From Takakia lepidozioides (Eukaryota; Plantae; Bryophyta), in contig CM060733.1 in NCBI GenBank assembly GCA_030704615.1, positions 43,338,001 through 43,402,000 of the forward strand: 64,000 nucleotides of DNA, given 5' to 3'. Position numbers and translations under genes: made by a program. The notes below the pieces were generated by a model. That model saw only the letters and a list, made by a program, of their open reading frames with translations. It searched no databases and was not told where the DNA came from. Shown one piece after another: positions 10,020 to 23,700 of the stretch (position 1 is its first letter; every line of letters begins with the position of its first letter).

Positions 10020-13000
10020 GTACCGACATGCCATCAAGCCCTGACGCCTTATTGTTCATGGCCTTGAGAGCATCTTTGAGCTCTTGAGGGGAGAGGTCTT
10101 CCTGCAGCGTGATAGAGTCTTCTGGCTTAAGCTTAAGGGGAATAGAAGTAAGACAGTCTTGAAGTCTGTCAGGGTATGAAGCGTCTTTTGGGTCAGCCTG
10201 AAACAGGGTAGTGAATTGAGTGAACGTGGACACACACATTAGTCTAGGGTTGGAGGACAAGGTTCCCTGGGGATCAATGTGAAGCTGGGAAATGGCTTGG
10301 TTGGCACTTCGCTGCTTTACTTTTTGGAAAAGTATTTGTACATTTTTTCATCCTCATTTTGTTTTCCTGGAGAAGCTGGAAGTTGTCAAGATTGAGGCGA
10401 GCTTCAAGGTACGTTTAAAAGGTATGGGCATCACAAGTACGAGCCTCTATTTTTTTCTGACAAATTCCAAGGCATTTTTTCAGGGCTAGTTCATTCCTTT
10501 TGCGGGCATCTGCGATTTCTTTACTTAGGATTTGACTGATTTTGCAAGCCGTAGCAAGCTTGGCCTGGAATCTTAGGGTCGGGCATGGAGATTGGTTGCC
10601 CATAGATAGCCAGACACTCTTGAGGCCTTCAGTGAGGAGGCTATCTTAAGGTGGGAAGCATTGAGTTTGAAGATCCCTCTACCTCTGGGGTGTGAGTTGG
10701 GTAGTGTTAGGGTGGCAGTAACTAAGGCGTGATCGAATCCAAAGTGAATAGGCTCTTGAGGGCACATGGAGGTTCCTGGCGCAAGTGAGATGGAGGTGTA
10801 GAATCTATCTAGTCTAGCCATGCAAAGGTCATTAACTCTTTTGTTGTTTGTCCAGGTAAAGGGGTTTGAAGTAGCTGGGTCATGTGGAGGCCTCTCGACT
10901 TCAGCAAGACTATGGGTTTGAGTTAAGCACTGCCAGACTCGATCTTCAGCAGGGTTGAGGTTATGAGAGCCCCTGCCTAACCTGTCACATTCATTTTCCA
11001 CCATATTAAAGTCTCCCGCTAAAATCCATTTACCTATGTTTTGTTGTTGCAACATGAGGGTCATCTTGTCCCAGAAGGCGGCTCTGTCTAGAGAATCGTT
11101 CGTAGCGTAGATGTTAATGAGGCCTATGGGTTCGGAGTCATTAGGGAGCTGGAGGGAGCAGAACTGGGCTCTCCCTAGTTCCCAAACTTTTTCTTTGACG
11201 ATAAATTGAAAGAGGGAGGGGGAGAGAAGGATGGCCGTACCTCCTTTTGTTCCCTCATAAGAGGGTTTCCAAAGAGACACAGATTTGGGCCAAAGCTGAT
11301 TGGTGAGATTGTGTATTTTCCTATCGCAGAGCTTATGTTCCTGATCAAGGAAAACTATCGCTTGAGAAGGGATGAGGGGGTTTAGCCATGCTGAAAGCTT
11401 GATTTTTTTAAGGGCCATCTGGTCAGAACCAAGACCCCGAATGTTCCATGATGACAAGCTAACATGCATTGGTGGTGGAGGACAGGCTGAGGGCTAAAGA
11501 CTCATTTGATGGCCTGGAAATAAAGAAACGGAATCTGGTTCTTTTGTCTGAGGGCACTAGGGAAGGGGACCAGAGGTGGTACGGGGGGGATTTGTGAATG
11601 GGGTCCTTGAGCTGAACATTCATGACAAGGTACTAGTCAGGTGAAGAAGCTGGGCACCGGAGCTATCAAGAGGTATGAACCTGTCAGTGCTGTGAAAGCT
11701 TGTTTTTATGGAGACTGGGGTTTGGAGGGTAAGGTTATCGGAGCCAAGGATTGAGGTGAGGTCGTGGTAGGAAGAAGGGTAGGGAATGGATGGTAGAATT
11801 TTCCACTTTTTACCTTTGAATGGCACGGGGGGGATATCCGTGTGAAGGCAAAGAATACAACATCTATTGGCAAGAGCTGGGTTGAGAGCAAAAATACGAA
11901 TTGGAATTGATTGCGGTGGAGGGGGTGGACTTACAAAATTAAGGGGAGGAGAGATTGGAGCAGGTGTTGGAGAAGGCAGCTGAGTCTGCAAGGAGAGGGG
12001 GGGCAGTGAGGGGCTTGAAAGGAGGCTGGAAGACAAGAATTGCAAAATCTGCAAGTCGGAGGAGTTGGATATTGAGAGGGAACCAAAAGGGTTGTATGTC
12101 GGGTTGATGAAGTCGGCCATGCGCTGCCTTTCGATTTTTTCATTCTCCTCATGCCTTTCCGTTTCGACGATAGCGTGTAGCAGTGTGAAGGCATTGTGCA
12201 AGGTGTCGTTGGATCTGGTTATCGCCTTGCTGGGGATGTAGGATTCTTGGAAGTGGTCTAATTCCGCCCATACTCCTGGCGTAGTGCCACTAGTGTTGAG
12301 GAGTTCAGCTTCATCCATGAGAGCAAGGATATTATTAGTGTTGGGGGTAAGGTGTGGACGCAATTCCGGGAAGGATTCAGTGTAGGATCCCCAAGAGACT
12401 ACTGCGTGGGAGAAGAGAGAGAAGAGTAGAAAATTGGAGAGAAAGAAAGCCTGAATCTTGGTGCATAGAGTGGGAATGGGACTGCTATCCATTGGGCTCT
12501 TGGACAAAAAGGTGTGAATGTCCTGCACAGAAATCCAGATGGATTCAAAATTCATGTTGTCTCTAGCAGTGACCAGGAATGCAAGAGCCGGTTTCCTTTT
12601 GAAAATCATGGGAGTGAGACAAGTGGCCACCGGGTCCCTCCTGGAACTGAGAAGTGAGCATCCCTTTAAAGCCAACTTGGGGAAGGATCCGAGCTTGGCA
12701 CAGAAGGCTGCAATTTTTGGGTTGTGCGCCACAGGGGAGGAGCGGGGAGTGGGAGTGGGTTTCTGCTCCACTAGCGGGAATGTTGGGGTTGACCTTCCCC
12801 TTGTTTTTAGCAGCTTTCATCTCCCATCTTACTATCTCTGGAATTGGGAGAGGGGCTGGAGCAGGTTGTGCCTTGATAATCCTTGTTGGAGAAGAGCTTT
12901 GGATGCTCGTGGCCTCACGCTCCCAGTTGGTTAGTTCCTTGCCCTTTTGCAAATTGTCAGCAGGTCCACAGACAGCTTCCAGGATCATGGGGTCAAATGT

Positions 13001-14400
13001 CTCCTTCCTTCTCCTGGCCGGTGGGGATGATGAGACCTGTTTGACATCCAAGACCCATTCTTTGCTGCTCAAGTCCTGCCCTGGTAGAGGGTTGGTTTTC
13101 TCTTGGGGGAGTGTGCGAAAGTGTAGGTCCGCTGGGTGGGGGTTTGGAATAGGAACAAAATTTTGCGTAAGGGTTGACTGCCCATGCATTACTTGATTAA
13201 TGCCCATTCTTTTCCTTTGGGCTTTTGGGCAAGCTGCCCTAAGGTGACCAGACCACCCACAATAATAACAAGCCGAAGAGGCTGTGTCTTCAGACACTTT
13301 AACTGAAAAGAAGTTGCCTTGATCGTCTATTGGCATGTTAATAAATTCCGGCAAGACCTTGTCATTAGGCATTACCACCACAATTTTGGCAAAACCATCT
13401 TCATGAGCTCTAGATGCTATGGTAGTTCTCCTCCAAGCTGGATTTTCCTTTAAAGTGGTTGTGCACATATTGAGGTCAAAGACCGCCAAACAGCTCAGAT
13501 ACGCTCCAATCTCTGGAAGCGAGAACAGATATTGATCTGGATGTAGGGGAGCGAGATGATCCGAGGGCTCCAAATTTTACCATTCTTGTTGCCCATATTC
13601 TTGGACCATGGGAAGATGTTGACGTCATACCCATGCAGATGAGGATTGAATCCGAGGGCCTTATCGGCTGCCTCTTTTGAGTCAGATAGGATGGAGAAGA
13701 ATCCCCGACCCCTCGGATGGCAGAAATGATGCTGAAGGTCTCCCGACCCACCAAGATGCCGAATGGCCCAATCTCGCACTTGGGATCTGCGCACTTTTTT
13801 GCCAGGGAAGTGTAGTAGGACTCCATTGCTCTCAATGTGTGCAACATTAGAATTCACATGATGAAGCTCAATGGGAATGTGTGGGTGGTCCTTATTTATG
13901 GCTTGCTGCAGAGCTGCCAAGTCGTTGAGTGGCCCTTCGAAAGGATCAGAGGGCGGGCTGACTGGGGACGAAATTGGAGAGCTTGGAGTTCCTGCATTCG
14001 TGAATCCTGGATGTTGGGGCCGAGTGTGTTCGCCTGCTGGTCTTGGCATTGTAGACATGGAGTGGCTTACGTTTCTCAGCGATGTGAGGCCCATTGAGTG
14101 AGATTGGTGTGCTAAGAAGAAGCATGTACCTGTAGAGGGGCGGAGACGACTTGGATCGTAAAATCTGGGTGGGCCCGATCTAGTGGGAGTAGAATTGAAG
14201 GCTTTGTTGAGAAGGGGAGCCATGGGTGGATTGGAGCAGGCAGGAGAAACAGAAGGAGAGGTGATGCGAAATCAAACAAAGAGAGCAGCAGACGTGAGGT
14301 TGAGAAGAGGCTAGCTGGCGAGAGAGAGAACCGAAAATTGTTAAGCAGGAAGCGGGAAGTAGTTGGAGACAGATAGTTGGCTTCGACGCTGGATCAGTTG
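10020..14400 (-). mobile_element. L1-clade LINE, 5' part (ORF1 plus ORF2 endonuclease), 3'-truncated and frameshifted
   Basis: ORF1 pieces 14223-13495 and 13573-12563 with a DUF4283-like GFFSI..F.W region and zinc knuckle CYYCGWSGHLRAAC. ORF2 11469-10573 has APE motifs SWNIRGL, EHKL, GDFN, RLDRFY and FDH. It ends at KASGLDG, before the RT. Confidence 0.9.
10573..11469 (-). CDS. LINE ORF2 apurinic-type endonuclease domain (frameshifted downstream)
   Basis: SWNIRGL, LINIYA, WILAGDFNMV, RLDRFY and FDHALV motifs. Confidence 0.85.
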   Translation of the reverse strand: MHVSLSSWNIRGLGSDQMALKKIKLSAWLNPLIPSQAIVFLDQEHKLCDRKIHNLTNQLWPKSVSLWKPSYEGTKGGTAILLSPSLFQFIVKEKVWELGRAQFCSLQLPNDSEPIGLINIYATNDSLDRAAFWDKMTLMLQQQNIGKWILAGDFNMVENECDRLGRGSHNLNPAEDRVWQCLTQTHSLAEVERPPHDPATSNPFTWTNNKRVNDLCMARLDRFYTSISLAPGTSMCPQEPIHFGFDHALVTATLTLPNSHPRGRGIFKLNASHLKIASSLKASRVSGYLWATNLHARP

Positions 14401-14613
14401 CAGTGGGAGGTCGGAGGGTGACTTTAGTGAGAGTGACGGCTATTAGTTAGCCAGGGCCAGAGTTTGCCGGGTGCTCATAACATAGATGGCAGGAGGGGGG
14501 AGCTGATTGGATGGAGCTCCCCTTAATGATCAGCCGCCATAATCCTGAGACCCTCCCCTCTCCTAAAATCTAACTTACTTTGGATGGAAATCAATGGTAT
14601 TCTGTAAGCCTAA

Positions 14614-14822
14614 GGGCCGTTGTAGGAAAAGACAAGGTGTCAGTTAGGGGCACCGTGAAACCCGATCGCCCCTTGTGAAGGGACGGCTTTTTTGTGCCCC
14701 TCAGCAAGGGGCGGATCCCTGGGGGCGCCCCTTAAGGAATATGCTATTTCAACCACTCACGCCTCATTAATCTTGGGGGCGATTCATGGGGGGCCGCTTG
14801 CAGCTGCCCATGGAACCGGCTC
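14614..14822. mobile_element. Tourist/PIF-Harbinger-like MITE
   Basis: TAA on both sides (14611-14613, 14823-14825), GGGCCG.../...CCGGCTC termini. Related TGCCCATGGAAC-containing copies at about 17420-17578 and 34715-34948. Confidence 0.5.
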
Positions 14823-14981
14823 TAAGATGTAGGCCCTAATTTATACGCAAATAGGCTCAGTTACAAATATATTTATGATTTGTATGATAATTATAATTAT
14901 ATTACTGCCTATAATAAATTTTATATTGATAAAAAAAAATATATAACCAAATTATTGCAGGAAGAAAACTAATAAGAAATT

Positions 14982-14982
<1 letters not shown>

Positions 14983-15023
<41 letters not shown>
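14983..15023. repeat. (TA)n microsatellite
   Basis: About 20 TA units. Confidence 0.95.
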
Positions 15024-15029
<6 letters not shown>

Positions 15030-17600
15030 CTTGGATTTCGTGGTCGAAACTTAATGATCTAAGATAATCATTGTATTTTTGGACCTCTACAAGAAACTTA
15101 GAACCCCCCCACCCCTCCAAAAAAAAAAAAAAAAAAAAAAACCCAAGTTTTTGTTCGCGAAACTTCAATATTTTTAGCCCTAGTTGTGCCCAAAAGAAGA
15201 ACAAAAAATGTTTCACCATTGAAACTTCAGTAATTTTGGCCTTGTATGCTTCATATGTATGCTCATGACGGAGGGATTAGGAATTGAACGGCTGAATTTG
15301 GTTGTATAATATAGGAAGAGAGATTTTGGCCTGCCCAAAGAAAATGGCATATTTTGACCCCCCAATTTGTCACTACAAAGGAGCCCACTTGAGAACATTT
15401 CAGAAAAAACCGAAAATTTCTTAGGATGTGTGTTATCAGGTATGGTACAACATTCTTGAGACTCTCAAAAAAAGAGAAACTAAAACTGCCCAAATACGAG
15501 GAAAAAAAACTCCTTTTTCTGGCACCTATTTCTTAGTGAAGAGTTTTTTTTTGTCTCCACTCTACACTTTATAATCTTCCGATCTGGCGGTTGGAATTTG
15601 ATGAAACTTTTTGTGGCAGGAGGTGGGGTAGGTGGGAAGTAATTCCAACGGTCAGTTTTACAGGGACACAGAGATTCTCCAGATAAAAATGTTTTTGTGG
15701 GCCAGGGTCATGTTTTTCCACAAGAGGGTGAAAATGAGCCTGGGCACTTGATTGTTAAGTTTTGGAGCACCGCCATGGCAACTAAGTTAGGAGAAGAACC
15801 GGTCTCAGCCCATTCCTTACGGACAGGCCACTTGTCTCGCCGATCGATCTTGAAGGACCATACAATCACGGAGCTGATCGTGTGACTGTCTCCCTGCTTT
15901 CTTGTCCAATGGCTGGCCAATGTGCCGACGTGCCGACAGTTACATGCCGTCGATCTAATAGGAAGGAGACAGGATTTGAACCCTCGGCTGGGCCCATCGC
16001 AATAGCAAGCATCTTCCAACTGATCAGTCCATGCATGCCTGGAATGTGTTCCTGAGAGTGTTTGACACACAGGAAACATTCGCACATTTTGTGAGATTTG
16101 CTCCAGTGGATCTTTTTTCTCGTCATCCACATCCCTCCTCCATTCCTCCATTCCCGAGGAGGGATGTGGAAGACGAGAAATCCACTGGAGATGAGGAGGA
16201 TTCTACGCACTCCATACAAAGGACGAGGGAAGTGCAGTCTCAAGAGGTAAGGTAAGTAGATCTGTTTGTCATGGTGGTGGTCGCACCAAAAGCACGGCCG
16301 ACTGGTGAGTCCCCAGACTCCCCAACGACCACCTCAAATCTTTGAGTTCTCGGTGAGTCCTACTCGGCCTGTCCGCCCGCCCGCCCGCCCAATTACGTTT
16401 CCCCTACTCTGTGACAACCACTAGCAGGTCACTGAAGCTGTGAGGCACTTGTATTATAAGATCTTAAGAAAAGTGGAAACTGTTAATTTATGAAGGGCTG
16501 TGTCGAAAATAGCACAGATCTCAATGAGGCGAATGCTGGAACTCCGGGTGCATCAAGGACAGACCTAAGTGCAGGATTAGTCCATAAACGATAGATATTA
16601 AGGTGAGTGGTAATCAGTCATTGCTCATCCTTGTGAGCAGGGATTAGAAACACAGAGAGGTGGTCATAGAATGGTGGGCGAGTCCAAATAATCGACAACA
16701 ATTTGTAAAACACTGAGTTTGGCGGATCTCGTGATGGGAGGACAAAATGCAAGTGCCTAAGCACACACCTTGCATGTGACAGTGATATCTTGCAGGGCAA
16801 ACCGATCTAAATGAGCAATAAATTTTTGACTATATTGAAAGATAAACATGTAATTTAGCAAGTCAGGTGTACAACGTCCCTGTCGTTTTCTCTTCCGCTA
16901 CAGTAGCACCATGTGTTTACACTGGACTAACAGGCTATGTGGAATTGTCAATGCATTGTGGTGGGTAAAGTAGAGGCCCCCATTTTACCTTACACTACTT
17001 TCTTGAAGATCAATGTAATTAGTCCCTCATACATCTGAGGGTAATCCCTTTTTGAAGAACAAAATCAGTCATGTTAAGAAAATCCTCATCAAGGCCCACT
17101 GCATCTCCTGCGAGTGCCTTAGATCACTTCCATGTTCCCAGCCCACCGTCCAAAGGGACGGAACGGACAAAAATGGCAGGATGAGTTCAACACTTCCATG
17201 TACGGGGCGGCCGGAGCTGGCCGCCGAGTCAGCGCGTTTGCGGCCGATAAAATGGGTTGGAGTTGGGGCGGAGGGGTCCCTGCAAATTGAGTGCACTGAC
17301 AGTTTTGGCATGCACACATGGTCCGGGTAGGCTCTTGGGGGTTGGTAGGTAACAAATTAGAGGCGTGAGCATCAAAACATGGCAATAAATTCCCAATGTT
17401 TTCATAAAATAGAATATAAGGGCCGGGTTCCATGGGCACTCCCAAGCGCCCCCCAAGGGGGCGGCCCAGGAAGGAATCACCCATTTCAAATGAGAAGGGG
17501 TGCTTCCATGGAGAGGTTTCCATTCACCCCTCTAGAAATCTTTGGCACCAAATCTTTGGCACCAAATGTTGTGGGCCCATGACATAATAACTCATACTTA

Positions 17601-19524
17601 AATATGTAGAGCAGTTTCATTCAGCCCGGTTAATTCTAGAGTGGTCCAGGAATTAGCGTGGTCCAAGAGTTAAAAAGAGGGGGCCAATGTATTAAGGCCA
17701 TTTGTATTATTTAATGAAATGAAGGGTCCAAAAATTAAGGATTGACTTTCTAGCATGGGCTTTCTAGATAGTTCTAGTTCTAGTTGACTTTCTACATAGT
17801 TCGGTTTCTAAATACTTCTACTAATATGTCGGTCTGGTGAGAAGCAACTGACTAGTTGCTTGTAACTTGTGTCTTCAACATGCTTGCAGAGGCACTAGTA
17901 GCGTGTTTCACTAGTGGTTTGAGAGCCAGAGCCAGCGTGAGTAGTTGTTTGCTATGTTGGGGGTCGGGCCAGGTATGGCAGGTAGGATCAAAGTGGCTGC
18001 AAGAGGGAAAGACAAGGCGGCGGAGGGTGCAGAGAAGTTCATAGAGGCATGTGTTACTATCGGTCCCCTTTATTCCACTTGATTTAGTGACACTCACCAT
18101 GCATGAAATGTCAAAAATCATTCCCTTTTTTTTCTTTTTTTCTTTTTTTCTTTTTCTTTTTGAGAACAGGGGGATGCCCTGGATTAATTTTATTAAAGGT
18201 TATTTGAAGGGAAAAAATTAAAACCCTTGAATGTGGGCCCGCAGGCTGCCATAAGGCGTGTTGGATGACCCTCGATCAATAAGTGAGAAATAAGACACCA
18301 TGAACCAGTAGCATCATTGCTAGGACTAAGTTGGCCTAGAGGATACTCCTAGGTGCTAAAGAAACAGTGCAAATCTCAAGCAGGGTAAAGTCCTTGCTTT
18401 GGAGAAATAGTGGCTAAACTGCCTTTCGAGACTTGGAGACCTGTTGGCGATTGTACCCAGTTGGACACCGTTGCAGGAGCTGAGGCTGGAGGTCGGACTG
18501 AACGGAGCGACGGTGAGAGAGGGAGGGAGGGAGGGGAGCAATGAAGTGGTGTAGTCAGGAGCAAATCAAAGAAACAGAAATGAGTTTCGAAAATGTTGTT
18601 TAACTGTGGAAGTGAAGACGAGCCGCGGAAGACAACCTGACGTGCTTCCAATTGACTTTAGATCGCTCAAATTCCGGGGATGCCGAATAAGTGAGTTCTG
18701 TACCCCTGCCAGCAGTAGGGGGACTTTCAGAGCCACTTGGGCCAACAACGGGATCATTTGTCGCTGCAATCATGATCTCACATGTTCATGGTTGATTTAT
18801 TTCGTTAACAAAACCTGTTGTTTGCCTCATTAAAATATATTGTTCAACTATTGTTTGGTATTTGTGTGTTTTGGATGGTGTTGGTTATTGTGACTTTGTT
18901 TTCCTCTAACATGTTATTCTTTTGTAGAATACCAAAGCTGTAGATATATGGAACTTGGAGCTTGTAGATATATATTATGGGTGCCTATTTCGCATTAGGG
19001 TTTTGGGGTTTTATTCCATTTTGAAAACATATAGCTCCTATGACCGCGGTATAGAAACATAAAACCCCCATGACCGTGGGTTTGTGCTCATGCAATTTGT
19101 GCTCACCGGTGTGCTCACGTTCTACCAACCCCCCCCCCCACCACCCTCATGGCACCACTCCTGTCATTGTTGTTCATAGCCCCAAAAGTTTCCAGATCGT
19201 AGGTTGTTCTAGAATGTTCCAGAGCCCACTGCCCCGTCATTTTTTCTAGAACTTTCTCCTATTTCTATGTAGGGACCTGCACCTGCCTTTATTATTCGCA
19301 CGTTCCAGCGGCCCAGCCCGCCCTCTCCATTGGCTGGGCCATTCGCCTTCGTCTTTCTGACCTTTCCGATTAACGCCTTGGGATCCTTAATTTTCGGACC
19401 CTTCATTTCGTTAATTAATACAAGTGGCCTTATTACATTGGCGCCCTCTTTTCCCTCCTGGACCACGCTAATTCATGGACCACTCTAGAATTAACCCGGC
19501 CCGAATGAAACTGCTTTACATATT
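17601..19524. mobile_element. Non-autonomous DNA element with ~145-bp TIRs
   Basis: 17601-17742 is the imperfect reverse complement of 19381-19524 (for example TTAATTCTAGAGTGGTCCA.GAATTAGCGTGGTCCA). No transposase and no clear TSD, so the superfamily is unresolved. Confidence 0.8.
18121..18760 (-). mobile_element. 5'-truncated LINE 3' end with poly(A) tail
   Basis: T-rich tail at 18121-18160, followed by GAACAGGGGG...TGAAGGGAAAAAATTAAA...GGCTGCCATAAGGC, which is shared with the LINE 3' end at 52737-52875. The 5' boundary is approximate. Confidence 0.65.
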
Positions 19525-20289
19525 CATTGAAGAAATAGAAGGGATTAGAAATTAGAGTTGACAACACAGACAGACTTGACTAATTTGTTGTTGAAGTTCT
19601 GGCCTCTTTTTTCAGCCACAATCTGAAGGCTTATATGTAATTGGGTTATATTGGATTATATTGGGTTATTGGGTTATAAGTAACATGCCACAAATCTCCC
19701 CAAAGAGATTTTCATGCACCGTTGTAGGTGATCGCGGTGATGTGGCCAAAGTTTATTGAATTCCAACCATTGTGCCAGGAATGCCCATTTTGCCATTTTT
19801 GCTATTTTTTGTGAATTTCCAGCGACCAGAAGTACTTGGAATTCCACATCTCCCACACCGCATGTCCAAAAATCATGAGACCAAGCCCATGCACCCCTCC
19901 TCATCGAGGGCTCTCCAACGGTACCAAGCACCAGGGCGGGGGCCTTGCGGTTTGGGACATCTCAATGTGACAAAACAAAACAAAACAAACACTAGGGTAG
20001 CATGTGCCGTTGACCCAATTGTCCAGCGTCATCTAAGCGCCCCAAGTGCAGGGATGCCTCTGTGTGAGCCTGGTGGCGTGAGCGTGTGAGTGCAGCTGCG
20101 CTCACGCCACGTCACCTTGCGCCAACGCCACGTCACCGGGCTCACTCCACGTCATCGCGCTTCAACGCCGCGTCACCGCGCGCCAAGGAAGAAGCAGAGT
20201 GTATTTCCGTGGAAGAGCACCCTCAACTGCGGAAACAAGTTGGACGAAATAATAAAATGACGTGATCATTCCCACGTGAAAGCAACAGT

Positions 20290-20645
20290 TGAATGCATGA
20301 TGGATGAATGTAGAGTGGATGAGAATTAGATGGATGAGTGTGAGCAATGCAAGCAAATGGATGAATGTGGGATGGATGAGAGTACAATGGATGAATGTAC
20401 AATGGATGTTGAATGACGGAAAACATTCATGAATGGAGGATGCATGAATACACACTAGATGAATGCACAATGTATATGACATGAGTGTGTGGGGTGGGAT
20501 GGATTCGAGAGTACAGTGGATGAATGTACAATGGATGTTGAATAATGGAAAACATTCATGAATGGAGGATGCATGAATACACACTAGATGAATGCACAAT
20601 GGATATGACATGAGTGTGTGGGGTTTGTGGGATGGATTCATGAAG
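20290..20645. repeat. Degenerate (ATGG/ATGA)n minisatellite with a ~121-bp direct duplication
   Basis: GGATGAATG repeats. About 20389-20509 is duplicated at about 20510-20630. Confidence 0.75.
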
Positions 20646-20769
20646 AATGGCATTTGAATCTGAGTGGATTGTTTGTTTCATTTTCTTTTCTGTCGGAACA
20701 ACTGCAATGAAGTAAGGGAATTCAATCTTTTCCGAAGAGGATGAAAACAGAACATTAAAAATGCGAAGT

Positions 20770-23700
20770 TCAGTCCAACTCAGAGTCGGTACAATGTATC
20801 CCGGCGTCCTCTGCATCCAAGTCCAAGAATTTAAGAACTCCGGATCTACGATGGCTACACCTGCGATCGGGCAATAAAAAGTCAGGCGGCCATTTGAAGT
20901 GCCATTGCTTCGGCATACACAGGAAGCACAAAAGTGGAAAGGGGGCTGTCGAAAACAGTCTCGCCACAAATGGGGGTCTCTCCTGAAGATCCATTGCTGC
21001 CTTTCCTCCAAGTCACAGCAAGAAAAAAGTTATGTAAGTAAATTTGATATCTGCGATTGAACATGGCACCCAAAGTGGAATGACAATTCCATGGCAGACT
21101 TACTCACATGAAAAGTCGTTGTCGACCTGCTTATCCTCGGGATCCTCATCATTTCTGATTTGTTCAATCTGTGTGCCAGACGTAGAGCCAGACACAAGAG
21201 GGAGGAGGACACTCTTGAATAGTTCGGTGTCGCCCTCCATGCCAAAAAGGCTTCTTCCGACTACCTTGCAAGCACGATAAGTCGCACCTGCCAAGACAGA
21301 AAGCCTCAAGAAGGTTGTAGAGGATGAAAAAGTGGATGCAAACTGGAAGACCGAAAATGGAAACAGTATTGAACCAATGAACCTGTGGATAGTGTGAGGT
21401 CGACCACCCTTGCAGAATGGTGGTTGCATGACTCCAAGAGCGTCTGCATGAACGCTGGGGTTCTCTCCCTTGCACCTCTCCATGGAAACCCATCTGGTCT
21501 TTTGATAGTCTGACTGGAGTGCATGAAGTTGTAGAGCATGTCATCCACATGCGGTTCATAAGGGAGGTTGATGAAACACCCCTGGTCGGAAAATTCAAAG
21601 TTGCGGACGGAGGATGGTGTTTTTGAGGTGCGAATCCTCCTCAAGCAGATTGCCTCAAACATCCTCGTCTGGCAAAGATGCAAGGTAGGGGTGAGACATG
21701 GAAATATTGGAGGAAGTCTGGCGCAGGAAAGAACAAAACATGGACTGCAAATGAAGACTACAATGGAATGTATTTGTGATGATCGGTGCCGATCATCACA
21801 GATGGTGGTAGAGCAAGCCACCAGAAATAACGAGAAGACATTGGGAAACAGTACTGAGGAGGGCGGTGCCATACCAGCTGTCCAGGGCAACCACGTCGGG
21901 GACAGGCTGGCCGTCGGGGATGTCAAGGATGACCATGTCAGCGGCAAAGGTTTTTTGAACACCGCATACGAATGAGGGACCAGTGCTCACCTGCAGCATA
22001 CAGGTCCAATTTGAAAACAAAGGAAAATGAGGGTCCCAACAAAAACCAACATCTACATTGGCATTGACAATTTTGAATGTCCCAATTGAAGAGGAAGATT
22101 CTTACCAGATTAAGAAAAGAAATCATGTTATCCCAAGTCGGTGATGGCACCCCCGAGTATCCTTTTCTCGGAGTCTCCATCATTGCCAGCCATCCCTCAT
22201 TGCCAATCATGATCTGCCCTGCAAAGTCTGACGGGAAGGGTTGTGGCTTGGCATCGAAAACGCATTCAATAGTGCAGGTGTACCTCGCAGCTGTCTCGTC
22301 TTTCTCTTTGTCCTTCTCCTTGTCCTTCTCTTTCTCCTTCCCCTTCTCTTTTGTCTTCCCAGGTGACTTGGCTACTCCCTCCGAAGCGTTTACATCCTTG
22401 TCTTTCACCTTGCGGCCCCCCTTCTTGCCTTTCTGGGGAGTTTCCTGTGCGTCCGGCTCCTTGGCGGCCAATGAAGCTATGTTCCTCTGGTATTCTTTGT
22501 CGTTCAAAGGTGCCAGCAATTCCGCATGGTTGTTCAAATACTTCATTTGCTGCTCTTGAAATATCGTGTGCTCAGGCGGGCCAGTCGAGGGGGTGGTAGT
22601 ACCATCAACAGTCCTAAATGTGGGCAGGACTCTAGTCCCTCAAGATAGCAGCTGTGTACATTGTGGGATCATTGGTAGGGTCCAACCACATGTCCAGGTA
22701 ATCTGGGATTTCACTCAGGTGTTTTCCTTCCATCAGCACATATTTAGTGTACCTGCGGACGCTCAAACAAACACCATCCCCTAAAACAAGATATCAAAAA
22801 GCAGCGGAAATTGATGATCGGTGGCGATCATCACTTTCACATCAGAGAGAATGCAACATGGGTGTGCAAATCCTTATGATTATCTACACTGCACAACTGG
22901 GAAATCTGATGATCGGCACCGATCAACAGGTCACTGATCAGAAGCAAATTGCCTATGTTAACAGAGGTAGGATGAAACATGGACATGATCTGCAGTATTC
23001 CTTTGTTTGACGGGAGAAGCTCAGAGCACTAGAAGTGATGATTGGTACCGACCATCACCAAATTGCTGAGTAGCAAAAAGAAAATATTAAGGTTTTCTCA
23101 ATTGAGGCATGACAGAATTTAAAAGAATGTGATGGATAGGCTTTAGGTACTGCTCCTGTACACAACACGCATCATAGCCCACTCCCCTCCAACTTGACTG
23201 TCAAAATCGTTCGACCTCAATATGTTACCATCCTTGGAGAACTCGCGGAAGAAACAGTATCGCCACGTGAGACCTTTCCACTTTCTAATGTACGCCTCCA
23301 AGGTCATCTGTGGTGGTGAGACCATCGAAATATTCAAGTCCTTCAAATTTTGCTCCAGGACAAGAATGACGCGTTTCTCCAAATGCAAAGGGAACATCTA
23401 TCAGAATTGCACATGACAAAGTCATAGGATAATTGATATATAACAGGCACTTCAATCAACAAATACCTGACTCCAAAATGTGGCCTTGTGAAGCCAGTGA
23501 TAAAAAACAATGTCACTTATTCCCTCAACCTTTGTGCCAAGCTGGATTGTGCTTTTTGGGAACTGATTCAGATCCTTCACCGTCTGATCCGAGTTCCAAA
23601 TCTCGAGCCATCTAACTTTTGTCTGGGGGTCGACCATGGAGAGAGCCAACATGTGCAATTTCTCATGTTGCATCTCTGGATATACATGCTTGTCATAGTG

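Noticed and set aside
20162-20653. His/Ile-rich 163-aa ORF
   Set aside because: Translation of the ATGG/ATGA minisatellite.
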